A stretch of DNA of 64,000 nt from an uncultured delta proteobacterium (GCA_963696385.1 CAVOKF010000005.1:288001-352000); one strand, 5' to 3'; shown: positions 30,147-40,693, counted from the first letter of the stretch. Numbers and translations: made by a program. Notes: generated by a model from the letters alone, not told the origin.

Positions 30147-31120
30147 CCTCACGCGCCGCTCGCCTCCGAAGAATGTTGACTCCGGGCCTCCTGTTGGTGA
30201 TGGCGGCCTATCCGCTGCGTGCGGGGGCGCAGGACGCCGACGATCCGACGCATGAGGCCGGCAAGCACTTTCAACGCGCCGTGGCGCTCTATAGCGAAAC
30301 CGACTACCGCGCCGCGCTTGTGGAGTTCAAGCGCGCTTACGCGATCGCGCCCAACGTGGCCGTACTCTACAACGTCGGCGAAACGCAATATCAGGTGCAG
30401 GACTATGCGGGGGCACTCTCGACGTTCACGCGCTATCTCGCGGAATCGAGCGCGAACGAGCCGCGCCGCGCCGAGGTCGAATCTACGCTTCAAGTGCTGC
30501 GCACGCGCGTCGGGCATTTGAGCGTGGTCACCGACCCTGTGGGGGCCGACGTATCGATCGACGACCAGCCGGTCGGCAAGACCCCGTTGGACGATCGATT
30601 GGTCGTCAGCGTCGGACATCGAAAGGTGACCGCATCGCTCGCGGGCAGGTCGGTGGTGACGCGATTCGTCGACGTGGCAGCGGACGACAATGTGTCTTTG
30701 AACTTGGCTTTGCCGGCTGCGGCCGAACCGCCGCCGGACGTGTTTGAGCTGCCGCCCCCGCCGCGCTCCGAAGCTACAACCTCGTCGCGCGGCGGAGCAG
30801 TGCTTCGCGTCGCGGGGTGGATCGGCACCGGGATCCTCGCGGCGGGTGCTGGGTCGATGGGATTTTTAGCGCTTGAGGAAGCGCGCGCACTGAGTCAGTC
30901 TCGCGATTCGTACCCAACGACCGGCGCAACGCTTCGCCACGAATCCAACCTCACCTTGACGTACTCGATGCTGGCGGACTCGCTGACTGGGGCCGCTCTG
31001 GTCCTCGGAGGTGTCACACTGTATTCGACGCTCTCTTCGAGAATCTCGACGCACGCGAGCGAAACGTCGCTGCGGGCATGGCTGGCTCCGACGTCGGCAA
31101 ATATCGAACTGAAGTTCTGA
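30143..31120 (+). CDS. Exported TPR + PEGA domain protein
   Basis: Signal peptide, TPR (ALVEFKRAY), PEGA (GADVSIDDQPVGKTPL). ATGA overlap with the kinase. Confidence 0.85.
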   Translation: MTSRAARLRRMLTPGLLLVMAAYPLRAGAQDADDPTHEAGKHFQRAVALYSETDYRAALVEFKRAYAIAPNVAVLYNVGETQYQVQDYAGALSTFTRYLAESSANEPRRAEVESTLQVLRTRVGHLSVVTDPVGADVSIDDQPVGKTPLDDRLVVSVGHRKVTASLAGRSVVTRFVDVAADDNVSLNLALPAAAEPPPDVFELPPPPRSEATTSSRGGAVLRVAGWIGTGILAAGAGSMGFLALEEARALSQSRDSYPTTGATLRHESNLTLTYSMLADSLTGAALVLGGVTLYSTLSSRISTHASETSLRAWLAPTSANIELKF

Positions 31121-31146
31121 GGACGTGCGGTCGCCCGGAAGGCGAA

Positions 31147-32574
31147 TCACGCATCGCCCGAACCGCGAGGCGCCGTGCGCAGTCCGTGCTTTTGTACGAG
31201 GCGATGCAGGTACATGCGATCCATCCCGCCATTCCGCGACGCGCGGCTGATGTTCCCGCCCGCCTCCGTGAGCAAGGCCGAAATGTAGTCACGTTCGAAT
31301 GCGTCGACGACGGCATCCTTTGCCGCCTTGAACGAGACGCGCACGTCGACGTCGGGTGACTCGGTGACCTTCCGGTGGATGGTGGGCGGAGGCTCTCTCA
31401 ACACGACGGTGCGCTCGACGTAATTGCGCAGTTCTCGAACATTGCCCGGCCAATCGTGCGAAGCGAGATCGACGAGGATTCGAGGCGGAAACAACTCGAT
31501 TTGATCGGGCAGTCCGAGGCCGCTGAGGAACCCTCGAATGAGAAGCGGCAGGTCTTCGACACGCTCCCGCAGGGGCGGGACATGAACGTTCATCACGGCC
31601 AGGCGAAAATAGAGATCCTCGCGGAAGCGCCCCTTGTTCACCTCGCGCTCCAGATCGCGGTTGGTCGCGGCGATGACCCGTACATTGACTTTGCGCGAGC
31701 GCGATTCGCCCAGTCGGCGGATCTCTCGAGCCTCGAGTGCGCGAAGCAATTTCGGTTGCAGCTCCAGCGGGAGCTCGCCGATTTCATCGAGAAATATCGT
31801 GCCCCCATTCGCCGTCTCGAAGGCTCCGACCCGATCGCGGTCGGCCCCAGTGAACGCACCGCGGACGTGACCGAATAGCTCGCTCTCGACCAGGTTCGGG
31901 GAGATCGCGCCGCAATCCACGATGACGAAGGGCCGATCTGCCCTAGGGCCGCGTTGGGCGATTTCGGCCGCCACTAGCTCCTTGCCCGTCCCGCTCTCGC
32001 CCTCGATGAGCACGTTGATCTCGCTCGCTGCGACCTTCTCCAGAAACGCGAACAGTCGGCGCATCGCGACGCTTGCGCCGATAAGGCAGCCGTAGGACTG
32101 GATGTTCGGCAGGGTCACCTGGTCCGTGCTTTCCTGAGCTCGAACGTGCAGCACCGAGTCGCCGATCGAGATCGTTCCCTCGCCTGCGAGTTCGGCGTCG
32201 CGGATGCGCACTCCGTCGAGCTGAGTGCCGTTAAGCGACCCGTTGTCCTGAAGCCGCCAGATCGCCCCATCACGAGTGAGCTTGCAATGGAAGCGCGAGA
32301 CCGCCGGATCGCGCAGAACCAGGTCGTTCGAAGAATGCGTGCCGATCCGACACACTTCGCCCTGATGCGAGACCTGACGCGGGCCGTGCTCCGCTTCCCG
32401 CTTCACGTCGATCGTGAGCTTGGGAATCAGGTCGATCATGTCACGGATCGCCCGGACTGCCGAGTCGCGCTTCAGTAGCGTGGGGCTCTCATCCGCCGTG
32501 CCCGGCACTTCGGGCGAATCCGCCGACGCGCCGGTGCGGCAGGCGGTCGGCGGCAGGTACGGCGGTCGCAGCAT
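31147..32574 (-). CDS. FHA-domain sigma54-dependent transcriptional activator
   Basis: FHA ([16 protein letters not shown]), [27 protein letters not shown]-terminal HTH. Start uncertain. Confidence 0.93.
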   Translation of the reverse strand: MLRPPYLPPTACRTGASADSPEVPGTADESPTLLKRDSAVRAIRDMIDLIPKLTIDVKREAEHGPRQVSHQGEVCRIGTHSSNDLVLRDPAVSRFHCKLTRDGAIWRLQDNGSLNGTQLDGVRIRDAELAGEGTISIGDSVLHVRAQESTDQVTLPNIQSYGCLIGASVAMRRLFAFLEKVAASEINVLIEGESGTGKELVAAEIAQRGPRADRPFVIVDCGAISPNLVESELFGHVRGAFTGADRDRVGAFETANGGTIFLDEIGELPLELQPKLLRALEAREIRRLGESRSRKVNVRVIAATNRDLEREVNKGRFREDLYFRLAVMNVHVPPLRERVEDLPLLIRGFLSGLGLPDQIELFPPRILVDLASHDWPGNVRELRNYVERTVVLREPPPTIHRKVTESPDVDVRVSFKAAKDAVVDAFERDYISALLTEAGGNISRASRNGGMDRMYLHRLVQKHGLRTAPRGSGDA

Positions 32575-32774
32575 CGGAAGAGATGATGCCACACGGAGAG
32601 GACACGCTCTACCCGTCCATAGCGACTTCGTCGTGGCCGCCGTTCGCATAAAGGGGTTTCATGAGGGCGAAGACGCACAAGGACGTCGGGATCGTGGGCG
32701 TTCCCGCAGCGTCGGCGTCCTGGGATTGTGTCGACGGCAAGCCTGGCTATTGCGAGCGGTCGAGGCCGTCTTGA

Positions 32775-33716
32775 TTACACGGTGAAGCGTTGGAACGCTT
32801 CGAACGTGCGCTTGAGTCCGTCGCGCACATCGACGATTGGTTCATATCCGATCGCCTCACGTGCGGCGCGAATGTCGGCGAGCGAGTCCCGAACGTCACC
32901 GGCGCGAGCCGGTCGGTATTCGGGATCCATCCGGACGCCTGCGATCTCGCCGATGTACCCGACGAGCTGGTTGAGCGACGTCCGCTCACCGCACGCCACG
33001 TTGACCACTTCGCCCCGCAGTCGGCGCGGTGAGCTCCCGGCCAGGAGATTGGCACGGACCGCATTATCAATGTAGCAGAAGTCCCGCGTCTGCTCCCCGT
33101 CTCCAAACACGATTGGGCGCTGCCGCTTGATCGATGCCGCAATGAATTTTGGAATGACCGCGGCGTACTCGCTTTTGGGATCCTGACGCGGGCCGAACAC
33201 GTTGAAGTACCGAAGACTTATCGTGTCCATCCCATAAAGACTCGCGAAGACCCGCATCAAAAGCTCGCCCGTGAGCTTGCTGACGGCGTAGGGCGACAGC
33301 GGTTTCGGGTCCATGGTCTCGACCTTCGGCAGCGTGGGTGTGTCTCCGTAGGCTGCGGAACTTGCGGCGAACACCACGCGTCGTACTCCTGACTGTCGGG
33401 CAGCCTCGAGAACGATGGTCGTGCCGTGAACGCCGACCAACATCGTCTCCGCGGGGCTTTCGACGGAGCGAACGACGCTTGGAATGGCCGCTTGGTGAAA
33501 GACGACTTCGACGTCTCGCATGGCGCGTGTGACCGTCTTCGGGTCGACGATCGTTCCCTCGACCAGATCGAAGCGGCTCGGCAAACTCTCGAGGTTCTCT
33601 CGCCGCCCGCTCGAGAAGTCGTCCAGGATGCGCACGGAGTCACCGCGGGCGAGCAGCGCCTCGGCGATCGAAGAACCGATGAACCCGGCACCGCCTGTGA
33701 TCAAGTGAAGCGCCAT
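32775..33716 (-). CDS. NAD-dependent nucleotide-sugar epimerase (extended SDR)
   Basis: TGGAGFIG, YAVSK, RYFNVFGPRQDP, GDGEQTRDF. Confidence 0.92.
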   Translation of the reverse strand: MALHLITGGAGFIGSSIAEALLARGDSVRILDDFSSGRRENLESLPSRFDLVEGTIVDPKTVTRAMRDVEVVFHQAAIPSVVRSVESPAETMLVGVHGTTIVLEAARQSGVRRVVFAASSAAYGDTPTLPKVETMDPKPLSPYAVSKLTGELLMRVFASLYGMDTISLRYFNVFGPRQDPKSEYAAVIPKFIAASIKRQRPIVFGDGEQTRDFCYIDNAVRANLLAGSSPRRLRGEVVNVACGERTSLNQLVGYIGEIAGVRMDPEYRPARAGDVRDSLADIRAAREAIGYEPIVDVRDGLKRTFEAFQRFTV

Positions 33717-33806
33717 AGTGCCTCCGCGTTCGCGCCGTGACCGTATACATCACCGATCGAGCGCGAGCCCGCTTCGGTCGATGAAGGGTGGAAGACGCCG
33801 GGCACT

Positions 33807-34103
33807 CTATGGGCGGCGTCGCTCGACGGCTCGCCGCTCGCCCGCGAAGGCAGCGGTGAGTGCCGCCCCGAGCGCGTCGCCCTCGTCGCGGCGGTCCCGT
33901 CGGCCGCGGCGGTCGGCAAAGAGGGCTTGCAACTCGGATTCGGAGCAGGGCCGCGCATCGGTGCGGCGATGCATCAGCGCATGAGTGCCGCAAAGCGTCG
34001 CCCGTCCGCCGTCCGGCAGATCGACGACCGCGAGCGCGCGATCGTCCTTATTTTGGCACACGCAGCAGCACGCCCCACGCGTCGGTCTCATGAGCGTACC
34101 CAT
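33807..34103 (-). CDS. Small putative zinc-binding protein with DRR/ERR motifs
   Basis: CCVC...LCGTH; DRRGRRDRR and ERRAVERRR. Confidence 0.6.
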   Translation of the reverse strand: MGTLMRPTRGACCCVCQNKDDRALAVVDLPDGGRATLCGTHALMHRRTDARPCSESELQALFADRRGRRDRRDEGDALGAALTAAFAGERRAVERRRP

Positions 34104-34159
34104 CGCGCGATCGGAGGCTCGAGGCCAAGTTTTCGGCTCCGGCGTGGTATGGCCGAATC

Positions 34160-34786
34160 ATGGCGGCTGGGTGGGCGGCGACCGGACGTGGCGTCAGCGT
34201 GCTCGGCCTTGCTTTGCTTGGGGCGGTCGTCGCCTGGAGGTTGAGCGAATCGACCTACCGGTCCGAGATCGAGGCGATCTGCCAGGGCGAAATGGCTTCG
34301 GGTCTCTCGATGCGATCGGACAGCGCGCGAGTCACCGAGCGGATCCGCGCCCGGCTGCGGACGCCGGAGGGCAACCTGTTCTTCTCCTCGCTCCGAGACA
34401 CACCTTTCGATCGAAGGGCGGATCGCCTTCGCGCAGCAGGGGGGGGTCTCGGGATCCAGGCGTGTCCGTTGGCCGACTCGTATGCCGAACTGGTGATGGA
34501 GGCGCGATACCGTTCGGACATGCAGCGCCTGTGCTCGGACGTTACATTTCCCGGCCTCGCGGAGCTGGACGGCGCCGCGCAGGTCGCGGTCCTCAAGGCC
34601 TGGATCGAGGAGAATGCTGGCAGTCCACGAACGCACGATCTGGCCATCGGTCTGCGGACGTCGGGGACACCTTCCGAGACCGCGAAGGTGCTTCGCGACG
34701 CGGCGAACGAAGTGGACGTGCTCACCTGCGACATCGCAAATGGGCTCGAGAACCATGCGGCGACCGGTTCGTGTTCGGCTCCGTAG
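34160..34786 (+). CDS. Hypothetical membrane-anchored protein
   Basis: N-terminal TM; internal repeat YRSEIEAIC / YRSDMQRLC. Confidence 0.6.
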   Translation: MAAGWAATGRGVSVLGLALLGAVVAWRLSESTYRSEIEAICQGEMASGLSMRSDSARVTERIRARLRTPEGNLFFSSLRDTPFDRRADRLRAAGGGLGIQACPLADSYAELVMEARYRSDMQRLCSDVTFPGLAELDGAAQVAVLKAWIEENAGSPRTHDLAIGLRTSGTPSETAKVLRDAANEVDVLTCDIANGLENHAATGSCSAP

Positions 34787-34804
34787 TCGGCGCTCGGCGC
34801 ACCT

Positions 34805-35749
34805 TTAGATTCGCTCTTCGGGTTTCAGGCGGCAAGGGACGGGCGGGTCCGGTGGCTCGATTTGGAGCGTCGAGTGTTCGATGCGGAAGCGATCGTGGAG
34901 TGTTTGTTCGATATTCGCGAGAAGTGTCGCGTCTCGCGATAGGTGTCCCTGCACCACCAAGTGGGCCGTGAGAATCGCCTCGGTAGTGCTCATCCCCCAG
35001 ATGTGCAGGTCATGCACTTCGACGACCCCCGGTATCGACAGGAGAAAAGCTCGAATCCCGCTCGGATCGATTCCGCGGGGGACGGCATCGAGCGCGAGAT
35101 CGAGGGAGTGCCTGAGGACAGAGTACGTCGCCACGAGCACCAGCACCGAGACGAGCAACGCAACGATGGGATCCAGGCGCATCCACCCGGTTGCTTGCAC
35201 CAGGACCCCGGATACGACGACCCCCAGGGCGATGACGGCGTCCCCGGCGAGATGGGTAAACGCGGCGCCGATGTTCAGATCACGCTTTCGACTGCCGGCG
35301 AACAGCAGAGCTGAAACGGCGTTGATGACGGCCGCTACGGCTGAGACCGTGATGACGACCGAAGCACGCACCGCGGGGGGCGATGCGAGCCGCCGCATCG
35401 CCTCCCACCCGACCCCGCCGGTGGCGACCAGCAAGAGGATCGCATTCCCCAGCGCCGCGATGATCGAGGCTCGTCGCATTCCATAGGTGCGGCGCGCCGT
35501 GGCCGGTCGGCGTGACAACAGCGCGGCACCCCAGGCCATCGCCAGCCCGAGCACGTCGCTCGCGTTGTGGGCGGCATCCGAAATCAGTGCCATCGAGTGG
35601 GAGGCGGCGCTTCCGGCGACCTCCAGAACGATGATCGCCATGTTGAGCAGAATCCCGATCGCAAACGCACGGCCATAGGTGGGTGCTTTCCCGCCTACGT
35701 GAACGTGGCTATGGTCAAGCCCGTGGGCGTGCGAGTGACCGTTTCCCAT
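34805..35749 (-). CDS. czcD: Cation diffusion facilitator (CzcD/ZitB-like)
   Basis: His-rich N-terminus, SDAAHNASD, HLAGD, HDLHIW, HSTLQIE. Confidence 0.9.
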   Translation of the reverse strand: MGNGHSHAHGLDHSHVHVGGKAPTYGRAFAIGILLNMAIIVLEVAGSAASHSMALISDAAHNASDVLGLAMAWGAALLSRRPATARRTYGMRRASIIAALGNAILLLVATGGVGWEAMRRLASPPAVRASVVITVSAVAAVINAVSALLFAGSRKRDLNIGAAFTHLAGDAVIALGVVVSGVLVQATGWMRLDPIVALLVSVLVLVATYSVLRHSLDLALDAVPRGIDPSGIRAFLLSIPGVVEVHDLHIWGMSTTEAILTAHLVVQGHLSRDATLLANIEQTLHDRFRIEHSTLQIEPPDPPVPCRLKPEERI

Positions 35750-35972
35750 CAGCGGAGTCTCTAACTGAAGGAGCGGCGGCGGGCTACCCGGTGATGATCC
35801 TGAGCACCGCAGACGCCGGACCGTGCTACGGAGCCGTTTCGCGGGCCGGGCCACACGCCGCAATCCTCGGCAACGAGACGCGCAGGGGGGCTGGGCGGGG
35901 CCAAGACCGGGCGCGCCGGCCGGATTCGGATCCTGGAGGCTTGGCGGACCCGTCGGGGAGCCCGAGCCCGGG

Positions 35973-36959
35973 TCAACGTCCCGAGATCCGGGCGAAGCCG
36001 GCCGCTTGAAGAATCGCGCGGACGTAGGTCCGGGGTAAAGCCGCGTGGAGAGCGGGAACGCGCTTGAACACTACGGGACGGGATAGCATCGTTGGGTCTG
36101 GTTCCCGATCGGTCGTGTCGTCGACCGGCGTCGCGGTGACCCCGGAACGCCAAAGCACCTCCGCTGCGGTACGCGCGAGCGACTCCGAAGCGTCGGCCGT
36201 GCCGGTACAGCAGGTGTAAAAATCGATGAACCGCAGCGCCCGCTCGCCGGGCACGCCGAAGCGATCCGGGTCGTCGCGAATCCAGTCGGCGAACACGCGC
36301 TGAGCTCCATACAACGCGTCGAGCAGAACGACCTCCGTGATCTGCGGAACGTCGCCGAGTTCCAGCACACTCGCCGCCGCCTGATAACCTCCGGAATGGG
36401 CGATGACCACGACGCGGTCGAGCGCGTCGACTTCGATGGGGCAGCCGATGGCTTCGGCAAGCCGGTCGGAAAGGAGCTCTCGAAGCATGGCGTGGAAGCT
36501 TCCAGGCATGGCCAGATTGCCCGGTTCGCCGCTCGCCGTGTCGATGCGCAACTCGACCGCAAGGAGGAGGGCATTGACCTGGGCATCGTCGACCTGTGCC
36601 ATGAGCGCGGATGCGGGCCGCGGCTCTCCGCCCGGCTTGCAAGGCGTGTCGTCGCGGCTGAGAGCGGCCGTCGCGCATCCATGCCACCCGTGGAAGTAGA
36701 CAATGAGCCCCGGTCGCCTAGTCGCGTCGAAACCGACCGGCACATAGACGGAGGCGTCGGCGTGTAAGGAGTCCGGAAACGCGCCGTTGCGAAGACGAAC
36801 GGGCAGGGCATCTCTCAGCGGCGGTCGAAGTCCTTCACAAGCGCTTCGGGCGAGCGCTGGCGCAGCTCGTCGCGCGTTGCGCCACGGAGGCGTCGCGTCC
36901 GTCGACTGCAGGGACGAGGCGGTGACCACGGCCAGCCAGAGCAACTCGGTTCGCGTCAC
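35973..36959 (-). CDS. Exported alpha/beta-hydrolase-like protein
   Basis: VYFHGW, AHSGG nucleophile elbow, LLDALY. Confidence 0.7.
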   Translation of the reverse strand: MTRTELLWLAVVTASSLQSTDATPPWRNARRAAPALARSACEGLRPPLRDALPVRLRNGAFPDSLHADASVYVPVGFDATRRPGLIVYFHGWHGCATAALSRDDTPCKPGGEPRPASALMAQVDDAQVNALLLAVELRIDTASGEPGNLAMPGSFHAMLRELLSDRLAEAIGCPIEVDALDRVVVIAHSGGYQAAASVLELGDVPQITEVVLLDALYGAQRVFADWIRDDPDRFGVPGERALRFIDFYTCCTGTADASESLARTAAEVLWRSGVTATPVDDTTDREPDPTMLSRPVVFKRVPALHAALPRTYVRAILQAAGFARISGR

Positions 36960-37066
36960 GTGACCGCTTCCTACGGTCGGCCGTCTGATCGGCGGTGCTT
37001 TTCACGCAAACTCGAGGGCGCCGACGGCCTTGGGTCAGAAACGGTGGCCGTCGGTACCCCACGCCA

Positions 37067-38080
37067 TCATTTGAGCTCATACGCTTCGACCGTGTCTTCG
37101 GTGAAATGAGGGACCAGAACACGCCCCCGCTTCGTGTCGTAGCCGATGTCGGCGGGCGACTTCTGATCCGCGAGCGCCAGTTCGAACGTCCCGCCGAGTT
37201 TGCCACGAAAAACGGCGGATGCTTGCCAGCTTGAGACAAGCAGCGAGTCGCCGACCGACACGACTCCGTCAAGCCCTCCACCCGGCGGCTTCGAGACGTC
37301 CTTCTTCTTGCCTTTGTCATCGAGTCGGTACACTTCGCCCAATCCAAACGTCACGACCACGACCCCGGTTTCCGTCGAGACCAATCCGTTCGGGCCGCCC
37401 AGGTCGGTCCCCTTCGCGAGAGCCCTAACCTTGCGCTTGTCGATCACGTAGACTGCGTCCGTGCCGGTCGGCTCGACAGAGCCCGTCGCGCCGAATTTGA
37501 TTCCCGTATCCGACACGAACACTTTGCCGTCGGGGCTCGAAGCCAGGTCGTTGAGGAAAGTCGATCCGGGAACGGCGATATCCCCTTTGGGCGCCCCGGA
37601 TTTTGCATCGAAGGTGCGGACGACGGTGATGTCCGCGGCGTAGAGCACGCCGCCGACGAGCGCTAGACCCTTTGGCGCGTCGAGCTTGACCTTGTTCTTA
37701 CCTCCTTCGATCCATTTGAGGGTCGTCACTTGTCCGTCGGGGGAGAGGACCGAAATGAATCCGTTGTTGTCCTTGTCGTTCGGCTTTCCATTGACGTTTG
37801 AGACGAGATAGCGATCGTTTTCGGGGTCGTATAGAACGCTCTCCGGTGTCGAGAATCCCGTGTACTTCGCGGCTGGCATGGGCGGGAGCGGCTTCGGTGG
37901 TACGGCAGTCGGCGGGCTTGCCGAGGAAGATTCGGCTGGCGCAGCCACGCTCGCGCTCGCTACGGGGGTGGGCGCAGCAGACGTGACCGGTGGCGGGGGT
38001 TGGGGGGGGGGATTCTCGGCACCGCAAGATAGGCTCGCGGATGCCCATACGATTGAAACCAACGTCACCGAACGCATCAT
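37067..38080 (-). CDS. SMP-30/gluconolactonase-like beta-propeller lipoprotein
   Basis: GAGGAGG RBS, lipobox SLSC, TPESVLYD, FLNDL, GPNGL, GLDGV. Confidence 0.8.
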   Translation of the reverse strand: MMRSVTLVSIVWASASLSCGAENPPPQPPPPVTSAAPTPVASASVAAPAESSSASPPTAVPPKPLPPMPAAKYTGFSTPESVLYDPENDRYLVSNVNGKPNDKDNNGFISVLSPDGQVTTLKWIEGGKNKVKLDAPKGLALVGGVLYAADITVVRTFDAKSGAPKGDIAVPGSTFLNDLASSPDGKVFVSDTGIKFGATGSVEPTGTDAVYVIDKRKVRALAKGTDLGGPNGLVSTETGVVVVTFGLGEVYRLDDKGKKKDVSKPPGGGLDGVVSVGDSLLVSSWQASAVFRGKLGGTFELALADQKSPADIGYDTKRGRVLVPHFTEDTVEAYELK

Positions 38081-38153
38081 GGGGTCGTCCTCCTCGCGCC
38101 CGTTTACCACACCCGGCGGTGCGCGGCCTGCCGTGAGAGGTTCGAGGGTCGAA

Positions 38154-38915
38154 CTAATCGCAATAGAGTTCGCTTCCGTCGACACGACAGTCCGTCCGTC
38201 GACACTCGCGCTTTTTTGCATACGTTTTTCCGACGCACATGAGCTCCGATCTTCCGTCGACACCGCACGCGATGCGATTGGGTTCGCTGCAAGGGTCTCC
38301 TTCGAGTGCGATTCCGTCGTCGCATTCCACTTTGTGGGGTCCAGCATCGACACGGCATCCGAGGGGGCCGCGGCAGGTCGACGCCGGGACGAAAGCGCGC
38401 CCGTTGCACTCGACCATGGTTTGATGGTCTACCGAGCAGGCGAACGAGCCCTCTCGCTCGCACGGGTCGTCTGGTTCGCTCAACGAAGTGTCACAATCGA
38501 GCCGTCCCGCGCCTGAGATGGAGCAACCTCCGGCACCACGACAACGCCGCCATAGCCGAAAGTGCCCATCCCGGCAGACGAGCGCGGCGGAGCAATCCGT
38601 CGCGCACGCGTAGTCGATGGACGGGTCAGCCGGGCAAGGGTCGCCTGCCTTGGCTATCGTGTCGTCGCAATCCTCGCTGCCGTCGCCGCCCCGCGTACAG
38701 CCGCGTGGGCCCTGGCAGGGAACTTCGCGCCATGTTGCGGAGTCGCAAATGAGCGCCCGATCGGTCGCGCGGCAGAAGAGCCGATGCGGCATCCGGCAAG
38801 CCTCTCCTGCCTCGGATCGAGCGTGGCAGGAGCTGAACGGCATCGCAGCGACCGCGAACCAGACGAGCAACGCGACGGAGCGCCCGGCGGTGGAGGACAG
38901 GTCGGTCGCCACCAC
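38154..38915 (-). CDS. Cys-rich repeat lipoprotein (four roughly 6-Cys units)
   Basis: Signal/lipobox FSSC; repeats GxxC...CxGxxGC...CD. Confidence 0.75.
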   Translation of the reverse strand: MVATDLSSTAGRSVALLVWFAVAAMPFSSCHARSEAGEACRMPHRLFCRATDRALICDSATWREVPCQGPRGCTRGGDGSEDCDDTIAKAGDPCPADPSIDYACATDCSAALVCRDGHFRLWRRCRGAGGCSISGAGRLDCDTSLSEPDDPCEREGSFACSVDHQTMVECNGRAFVPASTCRGPLGCRVDAGPHKVECDDGIALEGDPCSEPNRIACGVDGRSELMCVGKTYAKKRECRRTDCRVDGSELYCD

Positions 38916-39021
38916 GCGTCGTCCGCCTTCATCGAGATCAAACGCGACTTCGCGCGACGGGTAAAGGCGGTTTCCGGCATCATTTTCCAGGCACTCTGGC
39001 TAGAGCCGTGAGGGACGCGGT

Positions 39022-40632
39022 TCACCCGAGCGTGGTGAACAGCCAAAAAAACGACCCGGAAAGGACAATGGAGACGGGCAGCGTGAGCACCCAAGCCATT
39101 CCCAGATTGCGGACGGTTTCCCACTGCAATCCCGTTCGGTTGGCAGCCATCGTTCCTGCGACGCCTGAGGACAGCACGTGCGTGGTGCTGACGGGCAGTC
39201 CGAACCCGTCTGCGGCGCCGATCGTGAGCATGGCCGTGATCTCCGCGGCGGCTCCTTGAGCGTACGTCAGGTGGTCTTTTCCGATTTTCTCGCCGACCGT
39301 TACCACGATCCGCTTCCATCCCACCATCGTGCCGAGCCCGAGGGCGATCGCGACCGCAACCTTCACCCAACCTGGGATGAAGCGGGTGGCCTGGTCGATA
39401 TGGCCCTTGTAGTTCTTCAAGATGGCCATGTCTTCCGGCGATAGGACGGGCTGTCCGGACTTTTCGATCCGTCGGATGGCCTCGCCCACGAGGTAAAGGT
39501 CGTTTCGAAAGTTGCGGGTCTGCTCCGCCGGAACGTGACGCAGCTCCTTGAACCGGCCCATGTCCTTCGCGATTTCTCCGACCAAGCGTGCCAGGGCGGG
39601 GATGGTGGTCGGTGTGAGGGTACGATCCCGCACGTAGCCCGAGACCTCGGCGCGCGCATCGCCCTCGAACGCAGGCGAGGTCGTGTAGCGATCGAGCGCC
39701 TGGACCGATTGTGCCGAAACGGCCACGAAATCTTGCGTGTACGAAGAGGGCAGCGCGTGATTCAGCGCGTACGCCGTGGGGACGGTGCCGATGAGGATCA
39801 GCATGATGAGCCCCATCCCTTTCTGTCCGTCGTTCGACCCATGAGCGAAGCTGACGCCGGTGCAGGTGAGCAAGAGCAGGCACCGTATCCAGAAAGGCGG
39901 GGGGTCGGTCCCCTCGGGCGCCGCGTAAAGTCGCTTGTCCGGGATGACCTTTTTGCAGACAAGAAGAAGGATCGCAGCAAAAACGAAACCGACGAGCGGC
40001 GACAGAAGAAGGGACTTGGCGACGTTTCCGGCCTGCCCCCAATCCACCCCGCTGGTGGCCGATCCTTTAGCGGCCATGAGCTGGTTGGCGATGCCGACGC
40101 CGATGATCGATCCGATAAGGGTGTGCGAGCTTGACGATGGCAACCCAAACCACCAAGTCCCGAGATTCCACACGATGGCTGCAGCGAGCAGCGCAAACAC
40201 CATGGCGAATCCGGAGCCGCTTCCCACTTGCAGAATGAGCTCGACGGGCAGAAGCGACACGATGCCGAAGGCAACGGCCCCCGTGGACACGAGGACGCCG
40301 ATGAAGTTCCAAGCGCCCGACCACATGACCGCGAGGTTCGGTTCCAACGAATGGGTGTAAATCACCGTTGCGACGGCGTTCGCCGTGTCGTGAAAGCCGT
40401 TGACGAATTCGAACGCCAACGCGATGAAAAGTGCGATCCCGAGCAGGATGTACGGGAAAATCGACGCCGTGGGTGCACGTGCCAGGTCGCCGACCAGTGC
40501 GGAGCCGACGTAGCTGAATCCGACGACCAGAGCGCCCAGGAAGATTCCGACCCCAATTTTGCTCGGCTTCCGGTCGAGCTTCGGCCCCAGCTTCGACGCG
40601 AATACCCGTTCGGATGTTGCGGTTGTCGCCAT
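39022..40632 (-). CDS. pitA: PiT-family inorganic phosphate transporter
   Basis: NGFHDTANAVAT, PSSSSH, HGSNDGQK, PVSTTH. Confidence 0.95.
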   Translation of the reverse strand: MATTATSERVFASKLGPKLDRKPSKIGVGIFLGALVVGFSYVGSALVGDLARAPTASIFPYILLGIALFIALAFEFVNGFHDTANAVATVIYTHSLEPNLAVMWSGAWNFIGVLVSTGAVAFGIVSLLPVELILQVGSGSGFAMVFALLAAAIVWNLGTWWFGLPSSSSHTLIGSIIGVGIANQLMAAKGSATSGVDWGQAGNVAKSLLLSPLVGFVFAAILLLVCKKVIPDKRLYAAPEGTDPPPFWIRCLLLLTCTGVSFAHGSNDGQKGMGLIMLILIGTVPTAYALNHALPSSYTQDFVAVSAQSVQALDRYTTSPAFEGDARAEVSGYVRDRTLTPTTIPALARLVGEIAKDMGRFKELRHVPAEQTRNFRNDLYLVGEAIRRIEKSGQPVLSPEDMAILKNYKGHIDQATRFIPGWVKVAVAIALGLGTMVGWKRIVVTVGEKIGKDHLTYAQGAAAEITAMLTIGAADGFGLPVSTTHVLSSGVAGTMAANRTGLQWETVRNLGMAWVLTLPVSIVLSGSFFWLFTTLG

Positions 40633-40677
40633 CTCAATCCTCGGCCCTACTCGTACTTCGAAGGGCTCGGTTCGAAC

Positions 40678-40693
40678 GTTACAATGTTGTTAC
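40678..40693 (-). promoter_or_regulatory. Pho-box-like direct repeat upstream of pitA
   Basis: GTAAC-AACATT-GTAAC (11-bp period) 45 bp upstream of the pitA ATG. Confidence 0.5.
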
